Origin: Girardia tigrina
Lineage: Eukaryota
NCBI GenBank assembly: GCA_001938485.1
Contig: MQRK01216652.1
Location: 1 to 60,857, forward strand
DNA length: 60,857 nt
Direction of reading: 5' to 3'
The position numbers and the translations under genes were made by a program. Below the pieces are notes generated by a model. That model saw nothing but the letters and a program-made list of their open reading frames with translations. It made no database searches and was not told the DNA's origin. Below, one piece after another: positions 26,340 to 40,250 of this stretch (its first letter is position 1; each line of letters begins with the position of its first letter).

Positions 26340-27150
26340 CAATTAGAAAATTAGGGTCACAGAGGACCACAGAGAAAGGGCCGTTTTAGACTACAGCGTC
26401 TTTTAAACGTCCAGTGATTGAATTCGTTCCAGGATTGAGTTGGTAGGCGTATCCTTGGAACAGGGATTGTAGCAGAGTGTTGTGCTTCGCCCAAGTTGAT
26501 GCCCAGTGTTTGATGTTGGAGATTACACATCTTCTCCTGAGACTATTGATTGCGGTTTCGGATAACTTCAAATCCACTAGTACCTCGTTGTTCTTCTCCG
26601 GCCAGGATCCGAGACATCCTACNNNNNNNNNNNNNNNNNNNNNNNNNNNNNNNNNNNNNNNNNNNNNNNNNNNNNNNNNNNNNNNNNNNNNNNNNNNNNN
26701 NNNNNNNNNNNNNNNNNNNNNNNNNNNNNNNNNNNNNNNNNNNNNNNNNNNNNNNNNNNNNNNNNNNNNNNNNNNNNNNNNNNNNNNNNNNNNNNNNNNN
26801 NNNNNNNNNNNNNNNNNNNNNNNNNNNNNNNNNNNNNNNNNNNNNNNNNNNNNNNNNNNNNNNNNNNNNNNNNNNNNNNNNNNNNNNNNNNNNNNNNNNN
26901 NNNNNNNNNNNNNNNNNNNNNNNNNNNNNNNNNNNNNNNNNNNNNNNNNNNNNNNNNNNNNNNNNNNNNNNNNNNNNNNNTTGCAGCGACACAGAACATG
27001 CATTTGTGTTTCGGCATATTGTCGACATGCTCTACAGAGTGTATGTTCCCTTGGTTTCCCTGGTTTAAAGTTGACAGGCATGTTTCCTGTTCGAGCTTAC
27101 TGAGTATCACCAGTCTTAAACCTGGTACAGTTAACACTGTTCTCTCAGAT
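26340..27150 (-). mobile_element. 5'-truncated non-LTR retrotransposon with restriction-like endonuclease (NeSL/Utopia/R2-type)
   Basis: RTGNMPV..CRACRQYAETQMHVLCRC (CCHC knuckle) and, after the gap, VGCLGSWPEKNNEVLVDL..LRRRCVISNIKHW, typical of RLE element C-termini. Confidence 0.85.
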
Positions 27151-27397
27151 TTTCCATTTGGTCAGATATTTCAGTCGAATTGTATTGATGAGATTTAAGA
27201 TTGTTTTGGGTTTGATGTGAAGGGTAAAATTGAGTAGATTCCATCGAATGTGAGAAACTTCATCTCAAAGATTATCATTTGGTTGGCTGCAAATGTTATG
27301 TTTATCATACGTCTAGAAATAAAATTTTGAATAATGTCAATTTCTGATTCTTTAAACAAGGAATTGAAAAATAATCTCGGACCTAACAATTAATATT

Positions 27398-29599
27398 CAG
27401 TGGAACATCTAATAGGCGGACCTACGGAATGTCTATTAATGTCCGGTTTATAAAAGTGTCCGGATTTCGTAATGTTATGCCTACTTTACAAAGAATTGTA
27501 TGTACATATGTTATAAAATATTAAAGTGCTCTATGATATAGTGAAATTTCTGCTTTTTTTATATAATTCGATTTTTTATACTTTTTATTGCATACTTTAT
27601 GTTAAATATTAGAAAAATAATATGCATTTCTCATCAAAGGAAAAAGGTGTCTTTTTGTTAATACATATATTCAATCAAAATTCAAAAAGGCAGTTTGTAT
27701 ATTTTAAACATATCACATGTACATAAAAAAATAAAAACACACATTCTTAATCAGTTATAAAAGTTAAACATCATACATTACCTACAGTGATATGAAGAAA
27801 TCTGTTATACTCTTATGCTTCTTTGAATGAGCGCGGTATTCATTAATTTGGTCTTCACAAACAATCAAATGGTCAACAGTACTACTCAACCCACGGTTTA
27901 TGAAAAATGCTTTAAGCCATTTAACTAGGTTTAAGCCTCAGCAATGGTTTTAGTTTTAACTTGTTTTATGTCTTCCTCATTAGGAAGGTGGTCTGAAAGC
28001 TCCGATGTTTACCAAGTAACTTCTTCAAAAAGCCTTGACTGCCAGTTATCACTTATAATTTCTATCTCTGCAACTTGATCATCTACTGTTTCGTAGGATT
28101 ACACTACAGAATCTACATCGTTTTGATGAACACCTGAAGCTCGAGCTGGACGACGATAAAACATTTTGTAACAGTCAGTGCTTTAACATCTTTGGTTGAA
28201 GGTGCTATCCAATAAATTGCGTCCAACACACTCATTGATTTACGTGTAACTAATACGTCGTTTGTTGAATTAAATTTGGTAAGTACTGAAGCTAGCAACC
28301 GCTTTCTGTAATGAGATTTAAAAGTTTTTATCACAACATAATCAAGCGGTTGCAATAAAAATGTGCAGTTTGGAGGAAAAAATATTAAACGAATGTTAAC
28401 CAAATTAACATTTGGATGACATGCTGAGTTATCAAGAAACAGCAATACTTTAAGACTCTGGGCTAATAAATGCTTGTTAAATTCCTTCAGCCTGGTAATA
28501 TAAATTTCTGACGTCATCCAGGCCTTTCGATTAAACTTCCAAATGATTGAAAGCTGACCAATATTAATGTTTTAAAAAAATCGCGGTTTTAGCAGTTCCC
28601 AATTACAATACGCTTTTTGAATTCCCCAATCATTTACACACAAGATAACAGTTACGCTATGCTTTTTCTGCTTTTTGCCTGCTCGATCATCACTAGTTGA
28701 AACTAATGATGTATTTGGAAGAGCTTGAAGACATAAACCAGTTTCATCCTTATTAAACACGTTTTCTGGACTTTATCCTTCTAGAATCTCTGAAAGTTGT
28801 TTCTTCCAATCATCAACAGTATCCAGATTAACATTTCCCATTTCACCACATAAGACAGCTTCGATTATTTGATGGGGTTCTTTGAATTTTTTGAGCAATC
28901 AGTTTGACACTTTGAAGTCATCAATTTTCAGTTTTTTGCTACTTGTAATGCTGTTTCTTGAATTAGAGGTTCAGTAATAGGAAGGTTATGACAATGCGCT
29001 CTAGAAAATCATTTATATATAGCTACATCTAACTGTTCATGCAAGCTGCTTATAAGCATGCAAATGAGTTTTCTGTTTTTGTTTTCCTGATATGCGACCA
29101 AAAATTCAGCTTTCCGCTTCAAAATGTTATTTGCCTGCTTTTTACTTATATTAAATTCTTTAGTCACTTTACAACAACTTGTCCCACCTGTTTCATAACA
29201 TTTTATCAATTTAATTTTTTCGGCTAACGCTAATTCTTTTATATCGGTTTTTAAAACCTTAAGATTTAAAATCAAATGTATTATGTAATCTTGGTATTTA
29301 ATGTGTAATAGTTATGTCATACAATTCAGAACAACATTAAATTCAATATTCATGCAATATGTTTTGTGTACAACCCTCATCTATGTGAAATTCATGACAA
29401 ATATCTACATTTATGCTGTCCGTTGTTGAAGGTCATTTTGCGTGTAGTGTAATAAACTTTCAAAACATTTTTGTCTGTTGTCTGTAGTGGAGAGTGTCCG
29501 TATCCAAGAAGTGATTCAATACACATTAAATTCCAGGCATAAATTGTGCCTGTAACATTGTCCGTTCTCGAGAGGTGTCAGGATAAGGAGGTTCCACTG
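27398..29599 (-). mobile_element. Full-length decayed Tigger/pogo transposon
   Basis: CAGTGGAAC termini at both ends, TA after the right end; HTH (EKIKLIKCYE..EFNISKKQANNILK), FNKDETGL, LLFLDNSACHP..FFPPNCT..LQPLD (DDE_1). Confidence 0.92.
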
Positions 29600-32101
29600 T
29601 ATTTCAATTCAGAAGAGAATAATTTAAATAAATCAATGTCAAAATAAATACAAAAGATAATTAAAACCTGAAATCGAATTCTGCTTATTTCGAAATAAAA
29701 ACGAAGATCATTTTCAAAACTTTATTTTTGTCACGTACACCAATTCACAATGAGCACTATTACCAAATCAACAAACAAAAATTTTAAGGTCGTTTCTAAC
29801 AACAAGTGGATTATAATATAAATAAAAGTACAAAAATAATTTTTATAATGGGTACAGAAAACTCATTACAGTATTGTTCTGAACAAATAATGATGAGATG
29901 ATAAACATATCCCAATCAACTTGATTCTGATTAACTGTTATCGCTAATCTATTTAACAATGTTCTTGCCATATTTAAAACGATAAATTTTTATTTTTAAT
30001 TTGTATTTTCATTACAAGATAACACATTTTAAAAGTGCAACAAATGTCTGAAAGTATTAAAACAAAATCACGGTTTTTACAAGATAAAAGCAGTGCGCAA
30101 AAAATAAAACCTCATGACGCAGACACGCATGCATGTAACCCCACATAATAAAATTGTACGCCAGACACAAGGAAACAATTAAATCCCATAGAAAAATCTA
30201 TTTAATATATTAGAAAGCATAGTTGTTTGTTGTCCGTGATGTCGCTGGTGAAGCCAGAGGACCTTCCCTGAGTCGCTGAAAGAGCTAGGAGACTTTCTTT
30301 GAGAATCGCGAGGTCTTTCAGGCAGACGAAAATCTATTGTGTCGCGTTCCCCTTCCTTCGTAACATTTTCGTGAGCTCAGAGCCCCCAGTTGCTTTTCGA
30401 GATCAGCAAATACTCATTATATATTCGATCTAACTCTCTTGTACTAGACATTCCTTGGAAACGGACGCGTTCTTCTTAAACGCCTTCGGGTTCGAACGAG
30501 TGACGAGTATAACCTGACCGGTAGCTGCAGAATCTGCAGGGGTTGATATGTTTGGACATGATTTAGCTTACAATTACGTTATCCTCGCTTATCGAACAAC
30601 TAGAATAACGATCAAGATTGAGATGAGTAACGGGCAAATGAAAAGTCATTTCCCCAACACAAAATGATACCACACGGACGCTACAGTACCACGACCACAT
30701 AACTGCACACGCATTGCTAATACCATTATCATATTGTGTAATTTCCAAATAACAATCTTTTCCATAATTTGGTACAAATACAAGGCCATTGCTTGTTTTT
30801 TCATCCAATATTGTATTTTTGTAAACAATCATTTAATTCTGGTGGCAAAGTGACCTATGCAGCGCCTTTACAACGTCCTAAGCTTTCTTTCATTTTTCAC
30901 ACATTTCACATAAACGTTTAAACAAACGCTTTTAAAACAAAAATAAACACTTCTTTTACAAAATAATAATTTTCTTTTAATATTAATCACATTTAAAATA
31001 AATATTAAATTACACAAAATATTTTAACAAGTTTTAATACGACACTTTATTCAAAGTCTGAATCTAAATTAATCACTGATTTCAATTCATGGGTTCCGCA
31101 TTTTTCCATTACGTTTATGGTAACGAAATCACCTTGATCACTAAAGCTCGAAACAACACATACTTTTCTATCCAAAGTATCCATTGGGACGGCAATTTTC
31201 GTTTTGTTAACCGTAACCACGCCTATTAGTCTTTTAAATAGTCTTTCTTTATACTCAAATTGTTTTTCCATAACTACAATTTCAATACTAGTGTCAATTG
31301 CGGCTCAACGAGTTACCTGTAGATCAAATATCTGAGAGCGTATCCGGATCAATCACCGTCCATTCAACCAAATCAGAGCCGACACTCATTGTATTTTTGA
31401 CAAATAATTTAAAATCTGCTTCATTCAGGGTGATTTTAATTCAATTTGCATTTTGAAATTAAATCGTTTTTAAAAGTTTTTTTTGAGACTAGCAATCAAA
31501 ACTCTTATATTTTAAAACTTTCTTTTTTTACACATTTTTTTGAATTACAATCACCAGTGAAACATTTTTCAGAAAATTTCTTTCCCAAAAGTTACTATTT
31601 ATCACATCTTTTTACTAATCAATTTAATTCATTAGAATTTTCTGAATTCGTTTCAAAACAGTTTTCGCAATCGTAGACATATTTTTTATTTTCAATACGA
31701 TTCAGAACCAGGAGTCACATAATTTTTAAAAAAAACCGAACCTCTATCTTTTTACTTAAGTTAAACAAAAGCCATTAATTTTTTTCTTTTCATTAATTAA
31801 TTTTCAACTTTTTTTACAATAAAAACTGTTTTATTTTCTTACCTATTTTTTAATTATTTTTTAATTAAAATTTTTCTTTATTATTATTTTTCATTTAAAT
31901 TTTAATCTTTTAAATTTTACTTTACCTTTCAGAAAAATAATTTTGAAGCATTTTCTTACTTAAACACATGTATAAAATAAATCACTTACATATTATAATT
32001 ATTAACAAAAATGAAACATCTCAAAAAAATAAAGTTTACAGGCAACTCAGAAACAAACTTAATTATAAATTAGTAGATAATCAAAAAAATCTTTATACAA
32101 G

Positions 32102-32766
32102 ATGACGTTCGAAAAAAATGTTCCTTGGGATGATCCTTCGTGGTTGGAAGAAGACGAACTTATACATGATGATGTTATTGACCTAACCGAAACTGAAATC
32201 ACCTCTGAAAAATACGAAATAGAATTGCAATCTTTCCAATACGAATCGTCAAAGGTGATTAAATCGGATATTATACCACCAGAGCCTCATAAAAATGACC
32301 ACAATCAAAATATTCCTGTAAAAAAATTCAGAAACAAAAGAAATAACAATAATCGAAGACCAAAGCAAATCTTTCCCAATAATCATAATCAAGAGGGCGA
32401 TAGACGACAAACAACAGAAATATGGTTCTAGAAAAAAATAACAGAATCAACTTTGTAAATTGCAACTGGCGGACGTTTGATAGACTCGTTTGTGTTGTCT
32501 AACTCTTCTTTCTCTATACCTTTTTGATTATCGCTGGTTTTAAAGGAAAATGGTCGAATGCATTTTCCGATGAAAATAACAAATCGATGTTAATTGACCA
32601 AAAGACAAAAAAATTTAATGATAGAATGTTGAAAAAGCCGAATTATATTTCCAAAGAAACATCGTATAATCAGAATCAGTTCACTGAAGATCAATATCAG
32701 AATTTTCGAAATGGATATTCTTTGATTGCAGAATTTTTATTTTATAATGATTCGAATTTACTTTAA
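32102..32766 (+). pseudogene. Intronless low-complexity orphan ORF, interrupted
   Basis: 109-aa ATG ORF with acidic N-terminus and SUMO-interacting-like DVIDLT, N/R-rich middle, coding-like continuation to 32766. Confidence 0.35.
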
Positions 32767-33136
32767 TTAACTCTACCACGTACGATTGTCTAAAATAATG
32801 GACAACCAAAAATCAAAATTTATTTTTCACTAAAAACACTAAAAACAAGAATCTAAATTAAAAATAACTCAAAGTCAATTTAAACCATTATTTATCGCGG
32901 ATGAGTATAAACAACGCAATTAAAAGAAGAATTTACATCAATTTCTTATAAAATATTACAAACCAGCATTTTTCTACATAATCATAAAAAACAAATTTTA
33001 CCAAATCAGTATTATAAATAAAGATATTTTTTAAAGTTAAAAGTAAAAAATTAATAAATGAATAATAAACATTAAAATGAGATTAGTTATTTTATGAATT
33101 TAAGTTATGACTTAACCAGAATAGAAATGAACATTT

Positions 33137-33565
33137 ATTAACATGTGTGGTCCGGCCGAATAATCGAATCAGGTCTGCTCCGGGCCACTCAGCTGTGATG
33201 AGTTCTGTAAATCGGAAATTCCGATATGACGTCACGTCGACCCAGGATAGTGTCTCTGAACAAAAGTTCTGTTTTAGATGGACTAGCTTCATGATGTGAC
33301 GATTCCCGCTAGAGTAGCACTCCTGTTCGGCCGTTGCCCTCTTGACGCTCGTGTGGATTTCGGAATTCTGCTTTGATCAACAGAGTTCCTCGTTCTAGAT
33401 CCAGGATGATATCTCGTATGGTTTCCGTGAGAGTCGTTTTACTTGGTATCATCTTCAGTTCGTTTATGGTGCTTCACATGGTTTCCAAAAGACATGTGAC
33501 CGATACATTGTTTCATAAGCACCATTTCCTTTTTTTAAATGAAAGTCTTTTTATGAGACAGCCAT
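33137..33565 (-). pseudogene. Decayed orphan ORF island carrying the shared motif
   Basis: STINELKMIP..DLERGTLLIKAEF..KTELLFRDTILGRRDVISEFP versus KEILLFRSYIALQNYRVPIDEID of the 10514 ORF. Confidence 0.4.
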
Positions 33566-33638
33566 AAATTATTTTTTTTGTAAATTTATTTTAAATTTAT
33601 TTATTTTTTTTGTATATTAAATAAAAATTTTAAATAAA

Positions 33639-33998
33639 ATGAATGATGCTGAATGTCCAATTTGTACAATTCCTTTGATAGATGCTCTAGAAACAGCAAA
33701 AATTGATACATGTCAACACGTATTTTGTAAATTTTGTTTACAAAAATGGTTATTAAAAAATCAAAGTTGTCCTTTAGACCGTAATTCGGTACAAAATATA
33801 ATAATATTTAGTAAATCACAGAAGAAACATAAAACGCTTTCACTATGCTCTTTTGTTGCAGAAGTCATATCTATTGAAAAAAAGACGACTTTCAAAAGTC
33901 ATATCAAAATCATTTCAGATATTTTATCAAAATTTTTACTTTATTTTCACCAATTTGATATAATTGCACTCTTTACAAGATATATTTTCACAAAGTAA
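33639..33998 (+). CDS. Small intronless RING-finger protein (PHRF1/SCAF11-type C3HC4 RING); may be truncated
   Basis: CPIC..CQHVFCKFCLQKW....SCPLDR. Confidence 0.75.
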   Translation: MNDAECPICTIPLIDALETAKIDTCQHVFCKFCLQKWLLKNQSCPLDRNSVQNIIIFSKSQKKHKTLSLCSFVAEVISIEKKTTFKSHIKIISDILSKFLLYFHQFDIIALFTRYIFTK

Positions 33999-34182
33999 CG
34001 AAGAAAGTTTTCAAATATTACTAAATAACAATTATAAACCATCGATAGAAGAAATAAAAATTTTTATTCTCATTTATTCACAGTTTTTCAAATTCTCGTT
34101 CATTATTTGTCCAGTCAAACAATTCTAACAATTTGAATTTAATAAAACAAGATCATAAAACTTTTTTCAAATAACGGGTTTG

Positions 34183-35127
34183 TTACTGACAATTAATTTT
34201 ACCATTATTGATAAAATCGATCGACTCGATTTTATTAATAATTTCTTTTATGAAATGTTTTTTCATCCGGTCCATTTTAGATACTTCAAAGTTCGTTCCA
34301 ATTTTAGTAAAATGTGAAGAAGTTAAACACTCATATAAATATATATATATTATTTTAGAGTATAAATATATAGCAGTGTTTTTAAAATTAAAATTTGTAT
34401 TATTTAATAAATTAATTTTTACAAATTTTTCAATTTCATTAAAATTCTCTTCACAAATTAGTATTTTTCGGTCATTATCGGTAAATTTAGACATAATTTT
34501 CGATTCTACGTTCGTTGGAATAAGAATATTTTCAACTTGACGTATATTTTTATCAAGAGAAATCGATCGAAAATCGGTACATTTATCGGTTCTAACACTC
34601 ATAATTTTTTCAATATTTTCTTGAGAATTACTACATTCAAAACACAGAACCTTGGAAGAATTTCCGACGACAAATTCAATTCGATCACTACCAGAAATGG
34701 AATTCAAACAGATGTTACACGTTGATTTATTAAAGACTTTCATATTTCTCAGTTCATCGGTTTTATCAATGAGATTTTCACCCCCCCCCCGGTTTCCACG
34801 ATTGGTAGCGCACTCAGCGCACAGGATGTTAATAGAGTTACCAATCATTATTTTGAAAAATTTATCGTCACTCTCGATTATTTCATTACATAACGAACAT
34901 ATAACCCTGTTATCTTTCTCGGTTAATCGACCACCTTCTTTTTCGATAAATTTGTTGATTCCGGTGCAAAAGGATTTTTCATCTTCGATTGTCTTAATAT
35001 CATTATTGATAAAATCGATCGACTCGATTTTATTAATAATTTCTTTTATGAAATGTTTTTTCATCCGGTCCATTTTAGATACTTCAAAGTTCGTTCCAAT
35101 TTTAGTAAAATGGAACGAATATAACAT
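34183..35127 (-). CDS. Intronless ORF with two CxxC-x21/22-CxxC zinc-binding repeats
   Basis: CSLCNEII..NILCAEC and CNICLNSI..KVLCFEC; longest open ORF in the window; N-terminal 37 codons repeated at the C-terminus. Confidence 0.6.
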   Translation of the reverse strand: MLYSFHFTKIGTNFEVSKMDRMKKHFIKEIINKIESIDFINNDIKTIEDEKSFCTGINKFIEKEGGRLTEKDNRVICSLCNEIIESDDKFFKIMIGNSINILCAECATNRGNRGGGENLIDKTDELRNMKVFNKSTCNICLNSISGSDRIEFVVGNSSKVLCFECSNSQENIEKIMSVRTDKCTDFRSISLDKNIRQVENILIPTNVESKIMSKFTDNDRKILICEENFNEIEKFVKINLLNNTNFNFKNTAIYLYSKIIYIYLYECLTSSHFTKIGTNFEVSKMDRMKKHFIKEIINKIESIDFINNGKINCQ

Positions 35128-36980
35128 GGTTTAATAACATGGTTTTTTCAGTAATTTTTAAATCAAATATTTTTTACCGAATTATTGAAATCATAATCAT
35201 AAAATAATATTTTCAGGAGCACCACAACATGTTTTCTGTTTATATGATTTTTAACAATATTTAAAAAAAATATTTTTGTATAATGTCGTATATATGCGTC
35301 AAACTGAAAAGAAGTTTGCATTTACTATGACTTTAATATTTAAGTAAGATTAAAAAATTCTTATACTTTTATTTGCACAAATAAAATTTTCAATTAAACA
35401 AATTAGTTAACAGGTCAAAATCGAAGAATTTTAATTTTAAAAATTATTTGATAAATAGGAATTAATAATAAAAATTAATCTTAAATTCAAAAAATTTTGT
35501 TAGTGTTCCAAGTAAATCCAACATAAATAATATATTTATTGCTTGACATGTAGTTTTTGTAAAAGTTACCTTTTATGTGTTTCTACTGATTAAGAGCTTG
35601 GTGCGCGTGTTTGATTTATCATTTTTGAATGTATATTTGCTATTTTTATATTTCAAAACTGTAAACTATGAGAATGAAAAGCAGAAATTATAAAATAATG
35701 AAATGTATTCATTTTGTGGTAAAACTGAAGGAGTGAATAATAATAATAGGTGGTAACTGTTGTGTGTACCTGTTACCTCACAAAATTATTTATCCGTATT
35801 TATTTATCTTCATAAATACTTTATAATTATTTATATTTATTGGTGCTGAAAATCAAATGTTTGACCGAACATTGTTTGACCAGCTTGAATATAAATTAAA
35901 TGTAAATAAATTTAAATAATAAATTCAATAAAATCATTAAATTGAAATGAATTAAATAAAGTAATATATAATTCAATAAGTAAAGAAAAAAATTGGTAAT
36001 TATCTAAATCATCTTTGTAACAAAACACAAAAACATAAAGTAAAAAAAACTATATAGTAAAAATTAAATTTATAGTGAAAAAAATAATAATAATAGAATT
36101 AAAGAAAAAGAATTGATCTGGATTAAAATTTGGAAATATTGTTTAAATAAATCAATTTTTATTGGTGGAATGAATGTAAGTAGGGACAATTTTAAATTGT
36201 AGTATGGAAATGAAAAATGTACGTGTCAAATTTAGAAATACAATATTGTCGGCTTCGAGTTTGTTTAAATATATCAATTATTTGAAATCAGATAAAGCTT
36301 TATTTTGAAATTGCAATACTGTTATTATGAACGCAGCAAACGACACGAACACAATCTTCTATATTTTCTCACTCGATCGAGAAGGATTTCTTAAATGGTT
36401 TCGAGAAAATTTCTACAATTTAAATACAGTTATTCGTTTTTCAAATATTCATATTCAAATATATCGAGTATTTGTTATTCATAAAAATTTCGTGAATGGC
36501 GATAAAATACTTGAGGCACTGTTTCCTCACCATTTATTCTTATCTATTATTTGCATTTTTATTATTTATTATTATGTATCTGTATGTATTTTAAAATTAT
36601 ATATTAGTTATTGATTATTATTATTATTTATTTATTTATTATTAAATAACTTTGAGACAAAAATGGAAGAAATTCGAATTATATTTAAATAATATTTAAA
36701 TTTGTGAATATTTTATCATTGTTAGATTTTTTGTTGGGGATGGTCACTGCAGTGAGCTTGTGGACATTAAAACTAACATATCGTCCACTATGCCACTTTT
36801 ATAGGTATCATAAATAAGTAATCGCATTTATAAAAGTTAGACTTAAATATTATAAAGAATAAGCTTTACATTCTTTTGAGTATATATGTATGTAATGTAT
36901 AAAAATCAAGATGAATGAAAATTTGTTCTTTTATATTGGATTTTTAAATACAACACACAGTATTCCCTATAATTGCTGCA

Positions 36981-37620
36981 TTAACCTGTTAACAGAGGAA
37001 CTCACGTTTTATTTACGCGCATACAACGGGTGCGAATTCTTTCACTAGGACGTGTCAGTACGTCATGCCCAGAGGACGTAATTTCCTATTATTTTTTTAT
37101 TCATGTTTAAAATAAATGAAGACTATGAAATATATTTTTTTCGTTTATTTATATATAAAGTACAAAGGAAAAGACAAAATTACAAACAAATAGAAAAGAA
37201 TGCGAAGAAAAACTTGGAAACATTGAATTAAAAAATAATAAACTATACAAACAATTATACAGATTACAAACATATATATTTTGTATTTAGATACAATAAC
37301 AAATATAAAAAAAGTTACCAATTACTGAACATTAAAAAAAAACACGTAAAATAGAAATATTGAGCTAAAAAAATTAAAGTACATATATGTAAAAATTTAA
37401 AACTCAATGTCCATGTTATACCATACAATCTGAACACCAGTATGTGGATACTTTCCTAACACCTTTTGTAACAAACTCGGCATTTTCAGCATTTAGTTTT
37501 TCCAGTATCGCTTTTCATTTGTTCTGGTAAATGTCTTTCAACTAAACGTAATGGTTAAGGTGTAGATCTGCTTGTTGATGTTTTTGGGTGGGCTTTCACT
37601 ATGTTTTATCTACCGATTTC
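36981..37620 (-). mobile_element. piggyBac 3' remnant
   Basis: Cys-rich C-terminal domain RHLPEQMKSDTGKTKC*KCRVCYK/GVRKVSTYWCSDC; TTAA-CC candidate terminus at 36981. Confidence 0.75.
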
Positions 37621-38891
37621 TCTACATACTCTATCAAAAAGTGTAATCGATCCAAATGATCAATCGTAGAAAATTGTTTTATAATTTTTTTTCCTATCTA
37701 CAGAATAATTGGAATTTTTACCAACTTTATTTAATTGCGGTTATTTGTTTTTGGCTACCTGTAATACAAATTACAATGGATTGCTACGAACCTTAATCTC
37801 AATTCATCAAATCTCATCCTCACTCAACGTCATCGACCGTTGTCAATAACAACAATAACAGCAACAATAATTCCACAAAACCAAACAATATTTTTTTATT
37901 CTAAGATTCTCTCTTGAACTCGATTGGTGATTCAAATGTTTGACAGTTCATCTACCCATCAACAAACAGAATATCAACCAATTATCAGTTATATTCAATC
38001 TAACTTTATTCCTGTTTCACTGTGGCAGAATACGTTTGTGATTTTTCTGTCAGTTTAATATTATTTTAATTAAAATTTATATTTTATATTTATTTATTTA
38101 TCTTTTGTTAGAACGAGTTAATAAACCAACATATTAAGTTCGTTTATTAACTCGTTTAACAGATACTTATAAAAAATGTATTCTAAAAGAAACAAGTTGG
38201 AAATATAAAAAATACCATTACCAGTCCATTCTCTTTAATCTGTTTACATAATGAAACTTACTGAAGTACTCAAAATAATAAAAATAATTCAAATTAAGTT
38301 TTTTTGTTTCAAATGACTAAATCAGCAATTGATCATAATACGTCCTGAACCGGATCATTGATTTATCATTACGTCCATGAATTCTTTACCGATCTATTTC
38401 AAAATACGATAAATTTAATACTTTTTTTCTATTCTGCTTTTGCTATACGAAAATTTCAAATTATGCTTCACCAAAATGGAAATTAAAGTACTTGTTATTT
38501 CTAATTTCTTGGTTTAAAAATTATGTAAAATATATACTTATGCTGATGATCACATTAAATTCAAATCGGTTCGAGAGAGTAGGGTTTTGGATTGCAAAAG
38601 TCTGGTGTAGTGACCGCCAATCAACAAACCAATATTCTCATCATTTATCAAAACACCTTAATTCATAACATTTATTTTCACGCACTAAATTCAATCATTA
38701 ATAAAATTCTACTAGATCTACAATTAACTCATTAATTAAAAAATTATTAGATAATATTATATCTAAAATTTAGTCATAAACAAAATTGATCTCAAGTAAA
38801 ATTTTGTCATTCGTCACATAAAATTTCACCGCCAATGAAATTTCATCAATAATAATTTATTATTTTTGCTCACAAAAAGAAAATTATAAAA

Positions 38892-40250
38892 TTATATATG
38901 GTACCGTCTTTGGCGAGGTTGTATAGTTTCGTTGTGTGATAATCCTTGATTATCGGAAAAAATTGATTCACCTTTTCTCGAATATTTTCTGTCTCGTGAG
39001 TCCGATCGGGTTGGAAACCGTCGTAACGAATTCGCCATATTGTTGCGGTTGTTTTGATGCCCATATTGTTGGGTATTTTGAAAATTTTTTGGATATCGAG
39101 AATTTTTTGAGAAATTCTCCAAGTCTTGCTGATCAAAAAACCGATCTTTTCTAGGATTTGCCCGGTCAGGAGCATGGTAGGGGCTCGACTGACGGCGAGT
39201 TGGAATCGTTTCATCAGGGCGGTTGTTTGGATATCGCTTTTCATAGGGTCCGACTTTATAGTGATCGAAATTTCTTTGATTATTGGAAAACTCGGGATCA
39301 GAAGTTTTCCAATAAGTCCAGACTAGGGTGTCTGATCGATTTGGAAGTTGGCGCATTAATCTCGTCTCGTCATCCCGGTTCCAACGGTATCCATTTTGTC
39401 CATTATCTGGATATTTTTTCAGATTCTGAAAATTTTCTAAGTCTAAGGAATCCCGAGGACGAAAAATCCGAAAATTGCGATTTTTTCGCGAAAAATGAGC
39501 CGATTTTGAAAGTTGGTGGCTCGTATGATCAGTTTTTTCGGGACGGGTTTGGGGGGATAGGTCGCTTCCTGATTCAACAAACATATCCTTCTCGGACCGC
39601 ACTCCCAAAGTGGTCTCCGGAGACGGCGAATTCATGGTAGGATTCGATAGTGTCGTCCGATTCACTCGAATCCGATGTTGTTGAGTCGGTCTCATCTAGA
39701 CGCTTTTTTGGTGTGCCATATGTTGGTGTTGCGCACACCGGGGGCAAAATCGATACTTGATTGAAGAATTATCGATTTTTCCAAGTTTGGGTTTATAACT
39801 CGGCTCCTGGGAGACCGATATTTGAAGGACCAGGTGCGCTGGATTCCTTATCGTGCCGCGATTATTTTGGTGAGCCGCTTGACGATGGGAGATCAGTGCA
39901 TCGCGATACGATTTTTTAGAAAAATCGATTTCTGATTGATTTCTCAGGATCTGGGAGGCGTAGCGGGTCTGGTCNNNNNNNNNNNNNNNNNNNNNNNNNN
40001 NNNNNNNNNNNNNNNNNNNNNNNNNNNNNNNNNNNNNNNNNNNNNCGGATTCATGTTGAGAAAAATCGATAATTGGATATCGATTGGTTGGCTCCATAAC
40101 CGGTACCGGATCGAAGCATTTTCGATCAGCATTCCAACGGTGAATAGATCGACGTGATACACCGCTCCGGTGAGCCAAATTTTGCATTTCAAAATTCTCA
40201 AAATTTTGAAAATTTTTCATATTCGAATTAAAATAATTTCGAATATTCAA
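38892..40250 (-). pseudogene. ~450-codon intronless R/N/D/Q-rich ORF split by one in-frame TAG
   Basis: ORFs 39696-40250 and 38892-39695 are in the same frame and joined by TAG-ATG; contains NRYPIIDFSQHES..DQTRYAS (shared motif, across a gap). Confidence 0.6.
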
